Shown here piece by piece: positions 7,315 through 15,063 of a DNA stretch of 24,000 bases (its first letter is position 1; the number at the start of each line of letters is the position of its first letter). The DNA is from Nitratidesulfovibrio sp. 1201_IL3209. Lineage in GTDB: Bacteria; Desulfobacterota; Desulfovibrionia; Desulfovibrionales; Desulfovibrionaceae. The DNA lies in assembly GCF_036763125.1 (NCBI RefSeq), contig NZ_JBAIYT010000015.1:1317-25316 (forward strand), written 5' to 3'. The notes under the pieces are model-generated. The model was not told the origin of the DNA. It ran no database searches and saw nothing but the letters and a program-made list of their open reading frames with translations. A program made the translations under genes and the position numbers.

Positions 7315-7839
7315 ATGAAATACGGCAGCAAGGTGGCGGCCCGCGTCGAGGAACTGCTGCGCGAGCAACTCGAGGAACTGGGCGAGGACCCCGGCGCCAT
7401 CGGCGCACATGACATCGCGGCGCACATGCGCTGCGAGATATGGCCCGACGACACCATGATCTACATCTGGAAGGAAACCCCCATCCTGCGCGTGTCCTCG
7501 GAACAGCACGACGACGGCAGCGTGACCTGGCGCATGTTCACCCGTGACGACGAAGGCGACGGCTTCGCCTCCGATCCGGCCGGCAGCCTGACCCGCGACG
7601 ACGGCCCCCTGCTGGACATGGACCGCGCCTGCGCTTCCCGCGCCGCCGCCCACGGTGAGGACGAGGACGACGACGAGGATGACGACGACGATCTGGACGA
7701 GGACATCCTGTCCGCCCTGCTGGACGACGAGGATTCCGGCAACGACGACCTCGGCGACGAGGACGACGAGGATGATGGCGACGAGGATGACGGCGACGGG
7801 GGCGATGACCGCCGCAACGGCGGCTACCCGGTGCAGTAG
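7315..7839 (+). CDS. Hypothetical protein with long poly-Asp/Glu C-terminal tail
   Basis: ATG at 7315 is preceded by CAGGAGACC. The 174-aa product starts MKYGSKVAARVEELLREQLEELGEDPG... and has an ordered-looking N-terminal half of about 100 aa. The tail is GEDEDDDEDDDDDLDEDILSALLDDEDSGNDDLGDEDDEDDGDEDDGDGGDD. I recognise no family; coding is supported by the RBS, codon usage and a following terminator hairpin. Confidence 0.6.
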   Translation: MKYGSKVAARVEELLREQLEELGEDPGAIGAHDIAAHMRCEIWPDDTMIYIWKETPILRVSSEQHDDGSVTWRMFTRDDEGDGFASDPAGSLTRDDGPLLDMDRACASRAAAHGEDEDDDEDDDDDLDEDILSALLDDEDSGNDDLGDEDDEDDGDEDDGDGGDDRRNGGYPVQ

Positions 7840-7898
7840 CGCCGGGACCGGCGCCGGATTGCCGGGCGGCCGCGCGCCGCTCCGCGCGCATGCAGCGA

Positions 7899-7924
7899 AA
7901 GGGGACGCCTTGCGGCGTCCCCTT
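7899..7924. terminator. Hairpin between convergent genes (acidic-tail protein and HD-GYP)
   Basis: AAGGGGACGCC-ttgc-GGCGTCCCCTT is a perfect 11-bp stem with a 4-nt loop. It sits centrally in the 178-nt convergent spacer. Confidence 0.55.
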
Positions 7925-8017
7925 CCTGCGTTCTGCCGATGGTCGCGGCCGTGCGCCATCCATGCGGAACGGCGCCAGTGCCGAAGGCCCCGTACGGCGG
8001 CGCGGCCCGCTGCCGCC

Positions 8018-9274
8018 TCAGCGCCCGATGTGACGGGTGAACTTGCTGCGCGCCTTGCCCTGCGCCGCCGCCGAAATGTCGATGATCTCGTCGCGCCGCG
8101 ATTCCAGCGTGGCCACCACCGCCTTGTCCAGCAGGCCCCGGCGTACGCCGTCGCGCAGCACGTCGACGATCTCGTCGCGGCGCATGCCCGCCCGGTAGGG
8201 CCGGTCCTCGGCCAGGGCGGTGCACATGTCCGCCACGGCCATGATCCGCGAGCCGATGCTCAGTCCGCCCGCCCCGATGCGGAAGGGATAGCCCGAGCCG
8301 TCGAGCTTCTCGTGGTGGAAGGCCGCCCATTCGGCGATGCCGCCAAGCCCCTTCATGGAATTGAGCACCAGGTAGGTGTGGTAGGTGTGCTGGCGCATGA
8401 CCGCGAATTCCTCGTCGGACAGGGGACCCGCCTTTTCCAGAATGGCGTTGGGCACCACCATCTTGCCGAGGTCGTGCAGGTTGCCCGCGATCTCCAGCAG
8501 GCGCGCCTCGGGCTCGGGCAGGCCGAAGGCCCGCGCCAGCGCCCCGGCCGAGGCGGAAACCCCGGCGGAATGGGTGGCGGTAAACGGGGAGCGGAAGTCG
8601 ATGATCTCGCGCACCAGCAGCGACCACATGCGCACGCCGTCCAGGTCCAGTTGCAGGCGGCGGCAGGGGTTGCGCTCGCTGAGAAAGGCGAACAGGCGCG
8701 GCGAGACGAGATTCAGCCAGAACTCGTCGCGGCCGGAAACCAGCAAGAAGGCTTCCACCACCCGGCGGTCGATGGCGCAGCCCGACATGCGGCGGATTCC
8801 GGCGGTGAGGTCGTCGTGCTGGTGCAGCACGTAGATGCGCCGGTCCATGGACCGTTCCAGCGTGTCGGCAAGCAGGACGATCTGGGCCAGCAGGCCCACG
8901 CGCGGATCCGGGCCGTGCGCCTCCAACTCCGGCAGGGTGGCGTGATGCAGGCGCACCACCTCGGCGGCCTCGGCCAGGCCCGGCCCCTGGGCCAGCAGCC
9001 CCGCGCCCACGGCGCAGTGCTCGTCCATGTTCTCCACGCGCGAGGCGCGCACGTCCAGCTTGTCTTCCGGCGACAGCGCGCCCACGTCGTGCAGCAGCGA
9101 TGCGATGAACAGCGTTTCCTTGTCCTTCTGCGGCAGGTCCAGCGCCTCCGCCAGTTCCCATGCCACGAAGGCGACCCGCAACTGATGCTGCGACAACGAA
9201 GGGCTCGCAAGGTCGAGCGCCTCCGAAATGGACAACAGCATGTCCGACAGGTCCACCGTAATCCCCGAATACAT
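8018..9274 (-). CDS. HD-GYP domain protein (probable c-di-GMP phosphodiesterase) with an additional N-terminal HD-like domain
   Basis: ATG at 9274 (MYSGITVDLSDMLLSISEALD...) lies within ORF 8018..9328. The N-terminal HD-like half has LLHDVGAL...VVRLHHATL. The C-terminal canonical HD-GYP has HSAGVS...GNLHDLGKMVVP...AAFHHEKLDGSGYPFR...MAVADMCTALAEDRPYR. Confidence 0.85.
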   Translation of the reverse strand: MYSGITVDLSDMLLSISEALDLASPSLSQHQLRVAFVAWELAEALDLPQKDKETLFIASLLHDVGALSPEDKLDVRASRVENMDEHCAVGAGLLAQGPGLAEAAEVVRLHHATLPELEAHGPDPRVGLLAQIVLLADTLERSMDRRIYVLHQHDDLTAGIRRMSGCAIDRRVVEAFLLVSGRDEFWLNLVSPRLFAFLSERNPCRRLQLDLDGVRMWSLLVREIIDFRSPFTATHSAGVSASAGALARAFGLPEPEARLLEIAGNLHDLGKMVVPNAILEKAGPLSDEEFAVMRQHTYHTYLVLNSMKGLGGIAEWAAFHHEKLDGSGYPFRIGAGGLSIGSRIMAVADMCTALAEDRPYRAGMRRDEIVDVLRDGVRRGLLDKAVVATLESRRDEIIDISAAAQGKARSKFTRHIGR

Positions 9275-9381
9275 GGTCCCCCCGGCACTGTCCCGGCAAC
9301 ACGGGGCCACTCGGACCCCGTTGCGCATGCGCCCGCCGCGTCACGATCCCCGATGGCGGCCGACAACATTGATGGTCATAT

Positions 9382-9411
9382 ACTTTATCGGCGAGCAAAT
9401 GGCGGTGTCAA
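9382..9411 (-). promoter_or_regulatory. Sigma70-like promoter candidate for the HD-GYP gene
   Basis: On the minus strand, TTGACA (9411-9406), an 18-nt spacer, then TAAAGT (9387-9382). It lies in the only AT-rich pocket between the gltX terminator and the HD-GYP start, implying a leader of about 100 nt. Confidence 0.4.
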
Positions 9412-9468
9412 CAAGCAAATGACGATGTACCGGATTCATCGCACCCCGGCCGGGAACGGCAATGAAGA

Positions 9469-9496
9469 GGGGCCGGAAGCTGTCGCTTCCGGCCCC
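9469..9496 (-). terminator. Intrinsic-terminator-like hairpin after gltX
   Basis: GGGGCCGGAAGC-tgtc-GCTTCCGGCCCC is a perfect 12-bp stem about 40 nt after the gltX stop. On the minus strand it is followed by TCTTCATT. An outer inverted repeat flanks it: CGGCAATGAA (9457-9466) and TTCATTGCCG (9511-9520). Confidence 0.6.
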
Positions 9497-9533
9497 GTTG
9501 CAGGCGCGATTTCATTGCCGGTGCGGCGGGTTT

Positions 9534-10928
9534 CTAGCCCAGCGTTGCCGCCCGGTCGAGCCTGGCCAGGGTTTCGGCCCGGCCCAGCACTTCCATGATC
9601 TCGGGCAGGCCGGGGCCGCCCAGCGAGCCCGCCAGGGCCACACGCAGCGGCGGCCCCACCTGCTTGAACTTCAGGCCGCCCTGCTCCACATAGTCGTGCA
9701 CCACCTTTTCCAGCGCGGCCTTGTCGAAGGGCTCGGCCTTTTCCAGCAGCCCGCGCAGGGCCGCCACGTGGGCCTTGCCCTCGGCGGTCAGGGCCTTGGC
9801 CACGGCGGCGGGGTCGTGGTCCAGCGCGGCGGCGTCCACCAGCATGAAGCGCATCACCTTGGCGAGGTCGGCCAGGTTCGAGGCGCGCTCGCGGAACAGG
9901 GGCGCCAGCGCGGCCAGCCGTTCCGGGGCCGCGTCGAAGCCTTCCGCCTTCACGAAGGGCGCGGCCAGGCGGGCCAGTTCGTCCACCGGGGTCTCGCGCA
10001 GGTAGTGGGCGTTCAGCCACTGCAACTTGTCCGGGTCGAAGGCGGCGGGGGCGCTGTTCAGGTTGTCGGTGGTGAACTTTTCCACCAGTTCCGGCAGCGC
10101 GAAGATTTCCTGATCGCCGAACGACCAGCCTAGGCGCACCAGATAGTTCACCAGCGCCTGGGGCAGCAGGCCGTCCTGCTCGTACTCGATGACCGCGCGC
10201 GCGCCGTGGCGCTTGGACAGCTTCTTCTTGTCCGGACCAAGGATCATGGGCACGTGGCCGAACACCGGCAACGGCAGCCCCAGGGCCTGGTAGATCAGCA
10301 CCTGCTTGGGCGTGTTGGACACGTGGTCGTCGCCGCGCAGCACGTGGGTGACGCCCATGGCGGCGTCGTCCACCACCACGGCCATGTTGTAGGTGGGCGT
10401 GCCGTCGGCCCGGCGCAGCACCATGTCGTCCAGTTCCGCCGCGTCGAAGGCCAGGGCGCCCTTCACCACGTCCTCGAACACCACGCGGCCGGTCAGCGGG
10501 GCCTTCAGCCGCACCACCCGGCCGGGGCCGGGGCCAAGGCCCCGCTCGCGGCAGCGCCCGTCGTACTTGGGCTTCAGGCCGCGCGCCCGCGCCGTTTCGC
10601 GCATCTGCTCCACCTCTTCGGGCGAACATTCGCACCAGTAGGCGTGGCCGGTTTCCAGCATGCGGTCGATGTAGCCGTTGTAGATGTCGAAGCGCCTGCT
10701 CTGGTAGATGGGCTCGCCGTCCCAGTCCAGGCCCAGCCAGCGCATGGAGGCCAGGATGGAGTCGGTGTACTCCTGCAGCGAGCGCTCCTGGTCGGTGTCC
10801 TCGATGCGCAGCAGAAAGGTGCCGCCGAAGTGGCGGGCCAGCAGCCAGTTGAAGATGGCGGTGCGCGCCCCGCCGATGTGCAGGTGCCCGGTGGGGCTCG
10901 GCGCGAAGCGCGTGACGACCTTGGTCAT
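9534..10928 (-). CDS. gltX: Glutamate--tRNA ligase
   Basis: ATG at 10928 is preceded by GGGGAGAA. The N-terminus MTKVVTRFAPSPTGHLHIGGARTAIFNWL carries the HIGH motif, KKLSKRHGA is KMSKS-like, and the product is full-length GluRS-like (464 aa). Confidence 0.95.
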   Translation of the reverse strand: MTKVVTRFAPSPTGHLHIGGARTAIFNWLLARHFGGTFLLRIEDTDQERSLQEYTDSILASMRWLGLDWDGEPIYQSRRFDIYNGYIDRMLETGHAYWCECSPEEVEQMRETARARGLKPKYDGRCRERGLGPGPGRVVRLKAPLTGRVVFEDVVKGALAFDAAELDDMVLRRADGTPTYNMAVVVDDAAMGVTHVLRGDDHVSNTPKQVLIYQALGLPLPVFGHVPMILGPDKKKLSKRHGARAVIEYEQDGLLPQALVNYLVRLGWSFGDQEIFALPELVEKFTTDNLNSAPAAFDPDKLQWLNAHYLRETPVDELARLAAPFVKAEGFDAAPERLAALAPLFRERASNLADLAKVMRFMLVDAAALDHDPAAVAKALTAEGKAHVAALRGLLEKAEPFDKAALEKVVHDYVEQGGLKFKQVGPPLRVALAGSLGGPGLPEIMEVLGRAETLARLDRAATLG

Positions 10929-11020
10929 GATGTTCTCCCCGTTCTTCGGGTATCGTTGATGGCGTGGGATGCCGCACGCGCGGCCGGGAAGACGAAAGGA
11001 ACGGGAGCGCGGCGCGGAGG

Positions 11021-11254
11021 CTACACGGCCTCGACGCACTTCACCTCGGGCACTTCCTTCAACACCATGCGTTCCACGCCGCCCTTCAGGGTCTGCTGCG
11101 ACATGGGACAGCCCTTGCACGCGCCGGTCAGGCGCACGCGGACCACGCCGTCGGCGGTGATGTCCACCAGTTCGACGTCGCCTCCGTCGCCTTGGAGATA
11201 GGGACGGACCTTGTCGAGGGCGGCCTGCACCCTTTCGCGGATGGCATCGGACAT
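11021..11254 (-). CDS. NifU-like (Nfu C-terminal domain) Fe-S cluster carrier protein
   Basis: ATG at 11254 is preceded by AGGAGG. The 77-aa product is MSDAIRERVQAALDKVRPYLQGDGGDVELVDITADGVVRVRLTGACKGCPMSQQTLKGGVERMVL..., with the characteristic CxxC (GACKGCP). Confidence 0.85.
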   Translation of the reverse strand: MSDAIRERVQAALDKVRPYLQGDGGDVELVDITADGVVRVRLTGACKGCPMSQQTLKGGVERMVLKEVPEVKCVEAV

Positions 11255-11445
11255 GGAAACCTCCTGAAGTTTCCCCACGGGGGGCGGATGGCGCGCCCCG
11301 CAGGGGCGGCGGACGCCGCGCCCTTCTACTGCCTTCGGCGGCGGGGTGTCAAACCACGGGCGGGGTTGGCGCGGCCATGCGGAATCCGGGCACCGCCGCA
11401 TGCCGGGGGTGCGGGGGACGCCGGAGGCGCACGAAAGACTCCGTC

Positions 11446-12345
11446 CTAGGCCGGGGCCACGTCCACCGCGAACTTCTTCAAAAAGCCCACGGGATTGTAG
11501 CTTTCCTTGGCCTGCCGCAGGCCCATGTCGTCCAGGTCCTGCTCGCGGTTGATGTACCGGAAGCTCATGGCGTGCTCGCGCGCGTACAGGTTGTTGATGG
11601 CCTGGTACACGCCGCGATACTCCGGCTTGGCCTTCTCGAAGTGCACCACCAGGGTCTCGTCGTCCAGCCGTTCGCCCACGGTGTAGGCGATCATCTTCCC
11701 GTCCACGTACAGCGCCCCGCCGGAAAGCCCGGGAATCCTGTCCCAGTGCTCCAGCACCCTGCGCACGGCGGTGTTCTCCGCCACCAGCGCGTGCGATTCG
11801 TCGCACTCGCGCCACTTGCACCATTCCTCCTGCATGTCCAGAACCGCCTCGATGCAGTCCGGCGTCATGGGGTGGTACTCGTGCGGATAGGCCTTCAGAA
11901 AGCCGTTCACGTGGTTCTTCTTCTTGTGGAACCTGTTGCCCTTCAGTTCCGCCAGATCCTGCGCGGCATACAGGTAGTCCCACTGGCCGCGCGCCTCGGC
12001 CAGCGCCACCCGGTCGCCCAGGGTCCGCTGCCAGTGCGCGGCCAGCGACTCGGGCACGCGGATGAACCGGGCGCCCGCGCCCAGCAGCGCGCACCGGCTC
12101 CAGTCCGCATCCAGCCACGGCCCCACGGGCGCCCACCATACGGGTTCCGGCCTGGTCTGGCGCAGCCAGCACAACCCGTGCGCAAAGGTCCATTCCAGGC
12201 CGTAGTATTCGGCCCAGCCCCAGACGTTGGTGAAACTGTAGTCCGACGCGCGCTGCGGCGTGCGGGCGAAAAGGTCGAGGTACTCGGCCATGCGGTCGAG
12301 CGAGACGGGCCGGAACTCTCCGGGGGTCAACTCACTGTCGGTCAT
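11446..12345 (-). CDS. DUF2156 / LPG_synthase_C family protein (MprF C-terminal-domain-like tandem GNAT fold)
   Basis: I prefer the ATG at 12345 with AAGGAG 9 nt upstream over the TTG at 12354. Family-typical motifs are WDYLYAAQDLAELKGNRFHKKKNHVNGF, HFEKAKPEYRGVYQAIN and YINREQDLDDMGLRQAKESYNPVGF. Confidence 0.8.
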   Translation of the reverse strand: MTDSELTPGEFRPVSLDRMAEYLDLFARTPQRASDYSFTNVWGWAEYYGLEWTFAHGLCWLRQTRPEPVWWAPVGPWLDADWSRCALLGAGARFIRVPESLAAHWQRTLGDRVALAEARGQWDYLYAAQDLAELKGNRFHKKKNHVNGFLKAYPHEYHPMTPDCIEAVLDMQEEWCKWRECDESHALVAENTAVRRVLEHWDRIPGLSGGALYVDGKMIAYTVGERLDDETLVVHFEKAKPEYRGVYQAINNLYAREHAMSFRYINREQDLDDMGLRQAKESYNPVGFLKKFAVDVAPA

Positions 12346-13753
12346 GCGAGGCAACTCCTTGTGGCGCGGCCTTGCGGCCGTTGCGCCGGATCATGCTGAA
12401 CCGGCTCCAGTCACGCGTGCAGAACAGCCACAGCATGACCGAAGACTGGAACACCTGGGAAACGAACATGGCGAGGAATATCCCCGCCGCATCCCGCCAC
12501 ACCACGTGGCCCATGACCCATGCCAGCGGCAGCCGCACGAACCACGTGGCCGAACCGTACACCAGGAAGGAATACAGGGTGGCGCCCGCGCCGGTCATGA
12601 CCCCGCCAAGGGTCATGCTGGCCACGGTGAAGGGGATGGAGACGAGGTTGTAGCGCAGATAGCTGACCACCTGGACGGCCACGGCGGGTTCCGGGGCCAG
12701 CCAGGCGGCGATGTCGGCCGTCCAGGGCCAGAGCAGCACGGCGAACACGCTCATGGAGGCGCAGCCGATGCCCAGCAGGCGCAGGCTGACCCGGAAGGCT
12801 TCCGGCTTGCGGCCCGCGCCCAGCAGATGGCCCACCAGCACCGAGGCGGTCATGTTGAAGGCCAGCGCTGGCAGGAAGATGAACGATTCCACGCGCATGC
12901 CCGCCGTCATGCCCGCCAGGGCGGCCACGCTGCCCGCGGGCAGCGAGGCGGTGATGGAAAACAGCACCAGGTAGCCGAGGTTCCACATGATCTGGAGCCC
13001 GGCGGCGGGCGCGGCCACGCGGATGAGATAGGGCGCGCCGCGCCGCATCCAGCGCAGGGGAGGGAACGAGGCGCGTTGCAGCAGTTCCCGGTCGCGGACC
13101 AGCATGCCCACGTTCAGCGCGGCCCCGATCATGATGGCGACGAAGGTGGCCCAGGCCACCCCGGCATACCCGTAGGCGGGCAGGCCCCACAGCCCGAGGC
13201 CGAAGCCCAGGGTGGCCCCGGCGTTGACGGCGCAGACCACCACCATGGACACCAGCGGCGCGATCATGCGCTTGCGGGCGCGGAACACCGCCCCGGTGAT
13301 GGTGAACAGGTAGTTGGCGGGCAGGCCCAGCAGGTACACCTTCCAGAAGTAGGAGGCCACCGGCATGATGGGCTCGGGCACCTGCAACAGGCGCAGGAAG
13401 GGCTCGATGGTGGCTAGGCCCAGCAGCATGATGCCCACGCCCACCGTGCACCCGCCCGCCAGCACCATGCCCGCGTAGCGGCGCGCGCGCGGCAGCAGGC
13501 CCGCCCCCAGCGCCTGGCTGATGGCGGCAACCCCGGCGTTGGCACCGGCCACGGCCACCACCAGCAGAAAGAACAGACACTGCGAGACGAGGCCGATGGC
13601 GGCCTGCACCTCCGGCTGGATGCGGCCCGCCACCCAGACGTCGGTGAACCCGATGAGGAAATGGAAGACCATCATCAGCATCTGGGGCCATGTCAGCCGC
13701 CAGATGCCGCGATAGGAAGCGTCGTCGCCCTGCGGGCGCGCGTGCTGCGACAT
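12332..13753 (-). CDS. MATE family efflux transporter
   Basis: ATG at 13753 (MSQHARPQGDDASYRGIWRLTWPQMLMMVFHFLIGFTDVWVAGRI...) lies within ORF 12332..13954. The product is about 473 aa with multiple hydrophobic helices and a MATE-type N-terminal signature. Its 3' end overlaps the DUF2156 start by 14 nt. Confidence 0.85.
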   Translation of the reverse strand: MSQHARPQGDDASYRGIWRLTWPQMLMMVFHFLIGFTDVWVAGRIQPEVQAAIGLVSQCLFFLLVVAVAGANAGVAAISQALGAGLLPRARRYAGMVLAGGCTVGVGIMLLGLATIEPFLRLLQVPEPIMPVASYFWKVYLLGLPANYLFTITGAVFRARKRMIAPLVSMVVVCAVNAGATLGFGLGLWGLPAYGYAGVAWATFVAIMIGAALNVGMLVRDRELLQRASFPPLRWMRRGAPYLIRVAAPAAGLQIMWNLGYLVLFSITASLPAGSVAALAGMTAGMRVESFIFLPALAFNMTASVLVGHLLGAGRKPEAFRVSLRLLGIGCASMSVFAVLLWPWTADIAAWLAPEPAVAVQVVSYLRYNLVSIPFTVASMTLGGVMTGAGATLYSFLVYGSATWFVRLPLAWVMGHVVWRDAAGIFLAMFVSQVFQSSVMLWLFCTRDWSRFSMIRRNGRKAAPQGVASHDRQ

Positions 13754-13910
13754 CTCGTGCCGTCCGTTCGGTTCGGTGGTGGGCGTCGCACCCGCCCGCA
13801 GGCATGATCCGGCGCGGGCCAGGGGATGCGGCGTGCTGGCCGTGCCCGTGGCCGGACGCGCGAATCCCGTGGCCGCACCGGAAAACCGGGGGCCGACGGG
13901 AAGGCGCGCC

Positions 13911-13951
13911 GCCGCGCCCGGCGCCGGTGCGTCACACCTGCCGGGCGCGGC
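13911..13951 (-). terminator. Long-stem hairpin 18 nt downstream of birA, upstream of the MATE gene
   Basis: GCCGCGCCCGGC (13911-13922) and GCCGGGCGCGGC (13940-13951) are perfect 12-bp complements around a 17-nt loop. No U-tract follows, so its function (terminator, attenuator or RNA stability element) is open. Confidence 0.35.
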
Positions 13952-13968
13952 CACGAAGAGATAGGCGC

Positions 13969-14967
13969 TTACGGCCTGCTGTCAATGACGTCGCCCGCAT
14001 GCAGGCGATGTTCGTGGCCCTGGGCGTCCACCAGGCGCAGCAGGCCGTCGGGGTCCACGTCGGCCACCAGCCCTTCCACCACGCCGTGGGGCGTGCCCAC
14101 CCGCAGGGGGGTGCCCACGATGGCGGAAAGCTCCTTCCAGCGGGCGATGACCGGGCCGGGGTCGCCCTCGCGCAGGGCGGCGTACCAGTGTTCCGCCCGC
14201 TCCAGGAAGGCGCGCAGCACGTCCACCCGCGATACCGGGCGGCCCAGTTCCGCCGCCAGCGAGGTGGCCGTGGCGCGCAGTTCTTCGGGCAGGTCCCCGG
14301 CGCTGGTGTTCACGTTGATGCCCGCGCCGGTGACCACGTGGGACACCGTGTCGGCCACCAGCGCCACCTCGGTCAGGTTGCCCGACACCTTGCGGCCGTG
14401 CAGCAGCACGTCGTTGGGCCATTTGGCGCGCGGGGCAAGGCCGGTGACCTCGGCCACCGCCTCGGCCACGGCCACGGCGGTCATCAGGGTGACCAGCGGC
14501 GCGGCCTGCGGGGCAAGGCGCGGCCGCAGCACCAGCGAGACGTACACCCCCACCCCGGCGGGCGATGCCCAGGCCCGCCCGGCGCGCCCGCGCCCGGCGG
14601 TCTGTTCGGAAGCCGCCACCACGACGCCTTCGGGCGCCCCGCCAAGGGCCAGCAGCGCGGCCTCGCGGTTAGTGGAATCGGTGGAGCCGTGCAGGACGAA
14701 ATCGCCCCGGCCGAAACAGCCGGTGCGCAGCCCCTGCCGGACGGCGGCCACGGTGAGCACGTCGGCCTCGGCCAGCAGCCGGTAGCCCCGGCGGGTCATG
14801 GCCTCGATCTGGTGCCCTTCCGCGCGCAGCGCCCGCACGTGCTTGGCCACGGCGGCCCGGCTCACGCCGAGCAGCCGCGAAAGTTCCTCTCCCGATCGCC
14901 AGTTGCCGCCCGCTTCGCGCAACATGGCGAACACACGCCCCTTCGTGGTCGTCCTGTCAGTGTCCAC
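13969..14967 (-). CDS. birA: Bifunctional biotin--[acetyl-CoA-carboxylase] ligase / biotin operon repressor
   Basis: It has an N-terminal winged HTH (GEELSRLLGVSRAAVAKHVRALRAEG), a biotin-binding loop GRGRAGRAW (GRGRxGRxW) and KWPNDVLL. The start is a GTG at 14967 with no obvious SD, so the exact start is uncertain. Confidence 0.9.
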   Translation of the reverse strand: MDTDRTTTKGRVFAMLREAGGNWRSGEELSRLLGVSRAAVAKHVRALRAEGHQIEAMTRRGYRLLAEADVLTVAAVRQGLRTGCFGRGDFVLHGSTDSTNREAALLALGGAPEGVVVAASEQTAGRGRAGRAWASPAGVGVYVSLVLRPRLAPQAAPLVTLMTAVAVAEAVAEVTGLAPRAKWPNDVLLHGRKVSGNLTEVALVADTVSHVVTGAGINVNTSAGDLPEELRATATSLAAELGRPVSRVDVLRAFLERAEHWYAALREGDPGPVIARWKELSAIVGTPLRVGTPHGVVEGLVADVDPDGLLRLVDAQGHEHRLHAGDVIDSRP

Positions 14968-14972
14968 GGCGA

Positions 14973-15005
14973 TTGTAAACCATCAGGCAATTGCTTGGTT
15001 GACAA
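14973..15005. promoter_or_regulatory. BirA operator (bioO-type inverted repeat) in the birA/bioB divergent region
   Basis: TTGTAAACC (14973-14981), a 15-nt spacer, then GGTTGACAA (14997-15005). This matches the widely conserved BirA site TTGTAAACC-N14/15-GGTTTACAA with one mismatch. A perfect TTGACA -35 hexamer (14999-15004) facing bioB is embedded in the right half-site. Confidence 0.8.
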
Positions 15006-15063
15006 AAAGGAACACGCCCGCTACTCGCCCTGAACTGCCATTCAACAGGAGCGCTACCGGTAC

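Noticed and set aside
7035-7457. The long form (370 aa) of the Crp/Fnr ORF, starting at 7457.
   Set aside because: The extra 140 residues are Arg/Pro/Ser-rich with no domain signature and cover the tandem-repeat DNA. The GTG at 7034 with AGAGG gives a typical Crp/Fnr length of about 229 aa.
14972-14977. TACAAT on the minus strand, inside the left BirA half-site, as the birA -10 box implying a leaderless birA mRNA.
   Set aside because: No acceptable -35 lies 16-18 nt upstream. The hexamer ends only 4 nt from the GTG, so the predicted transcription start would fall inside or beyond the start codon. I kept this only as a caveat on the birA start.
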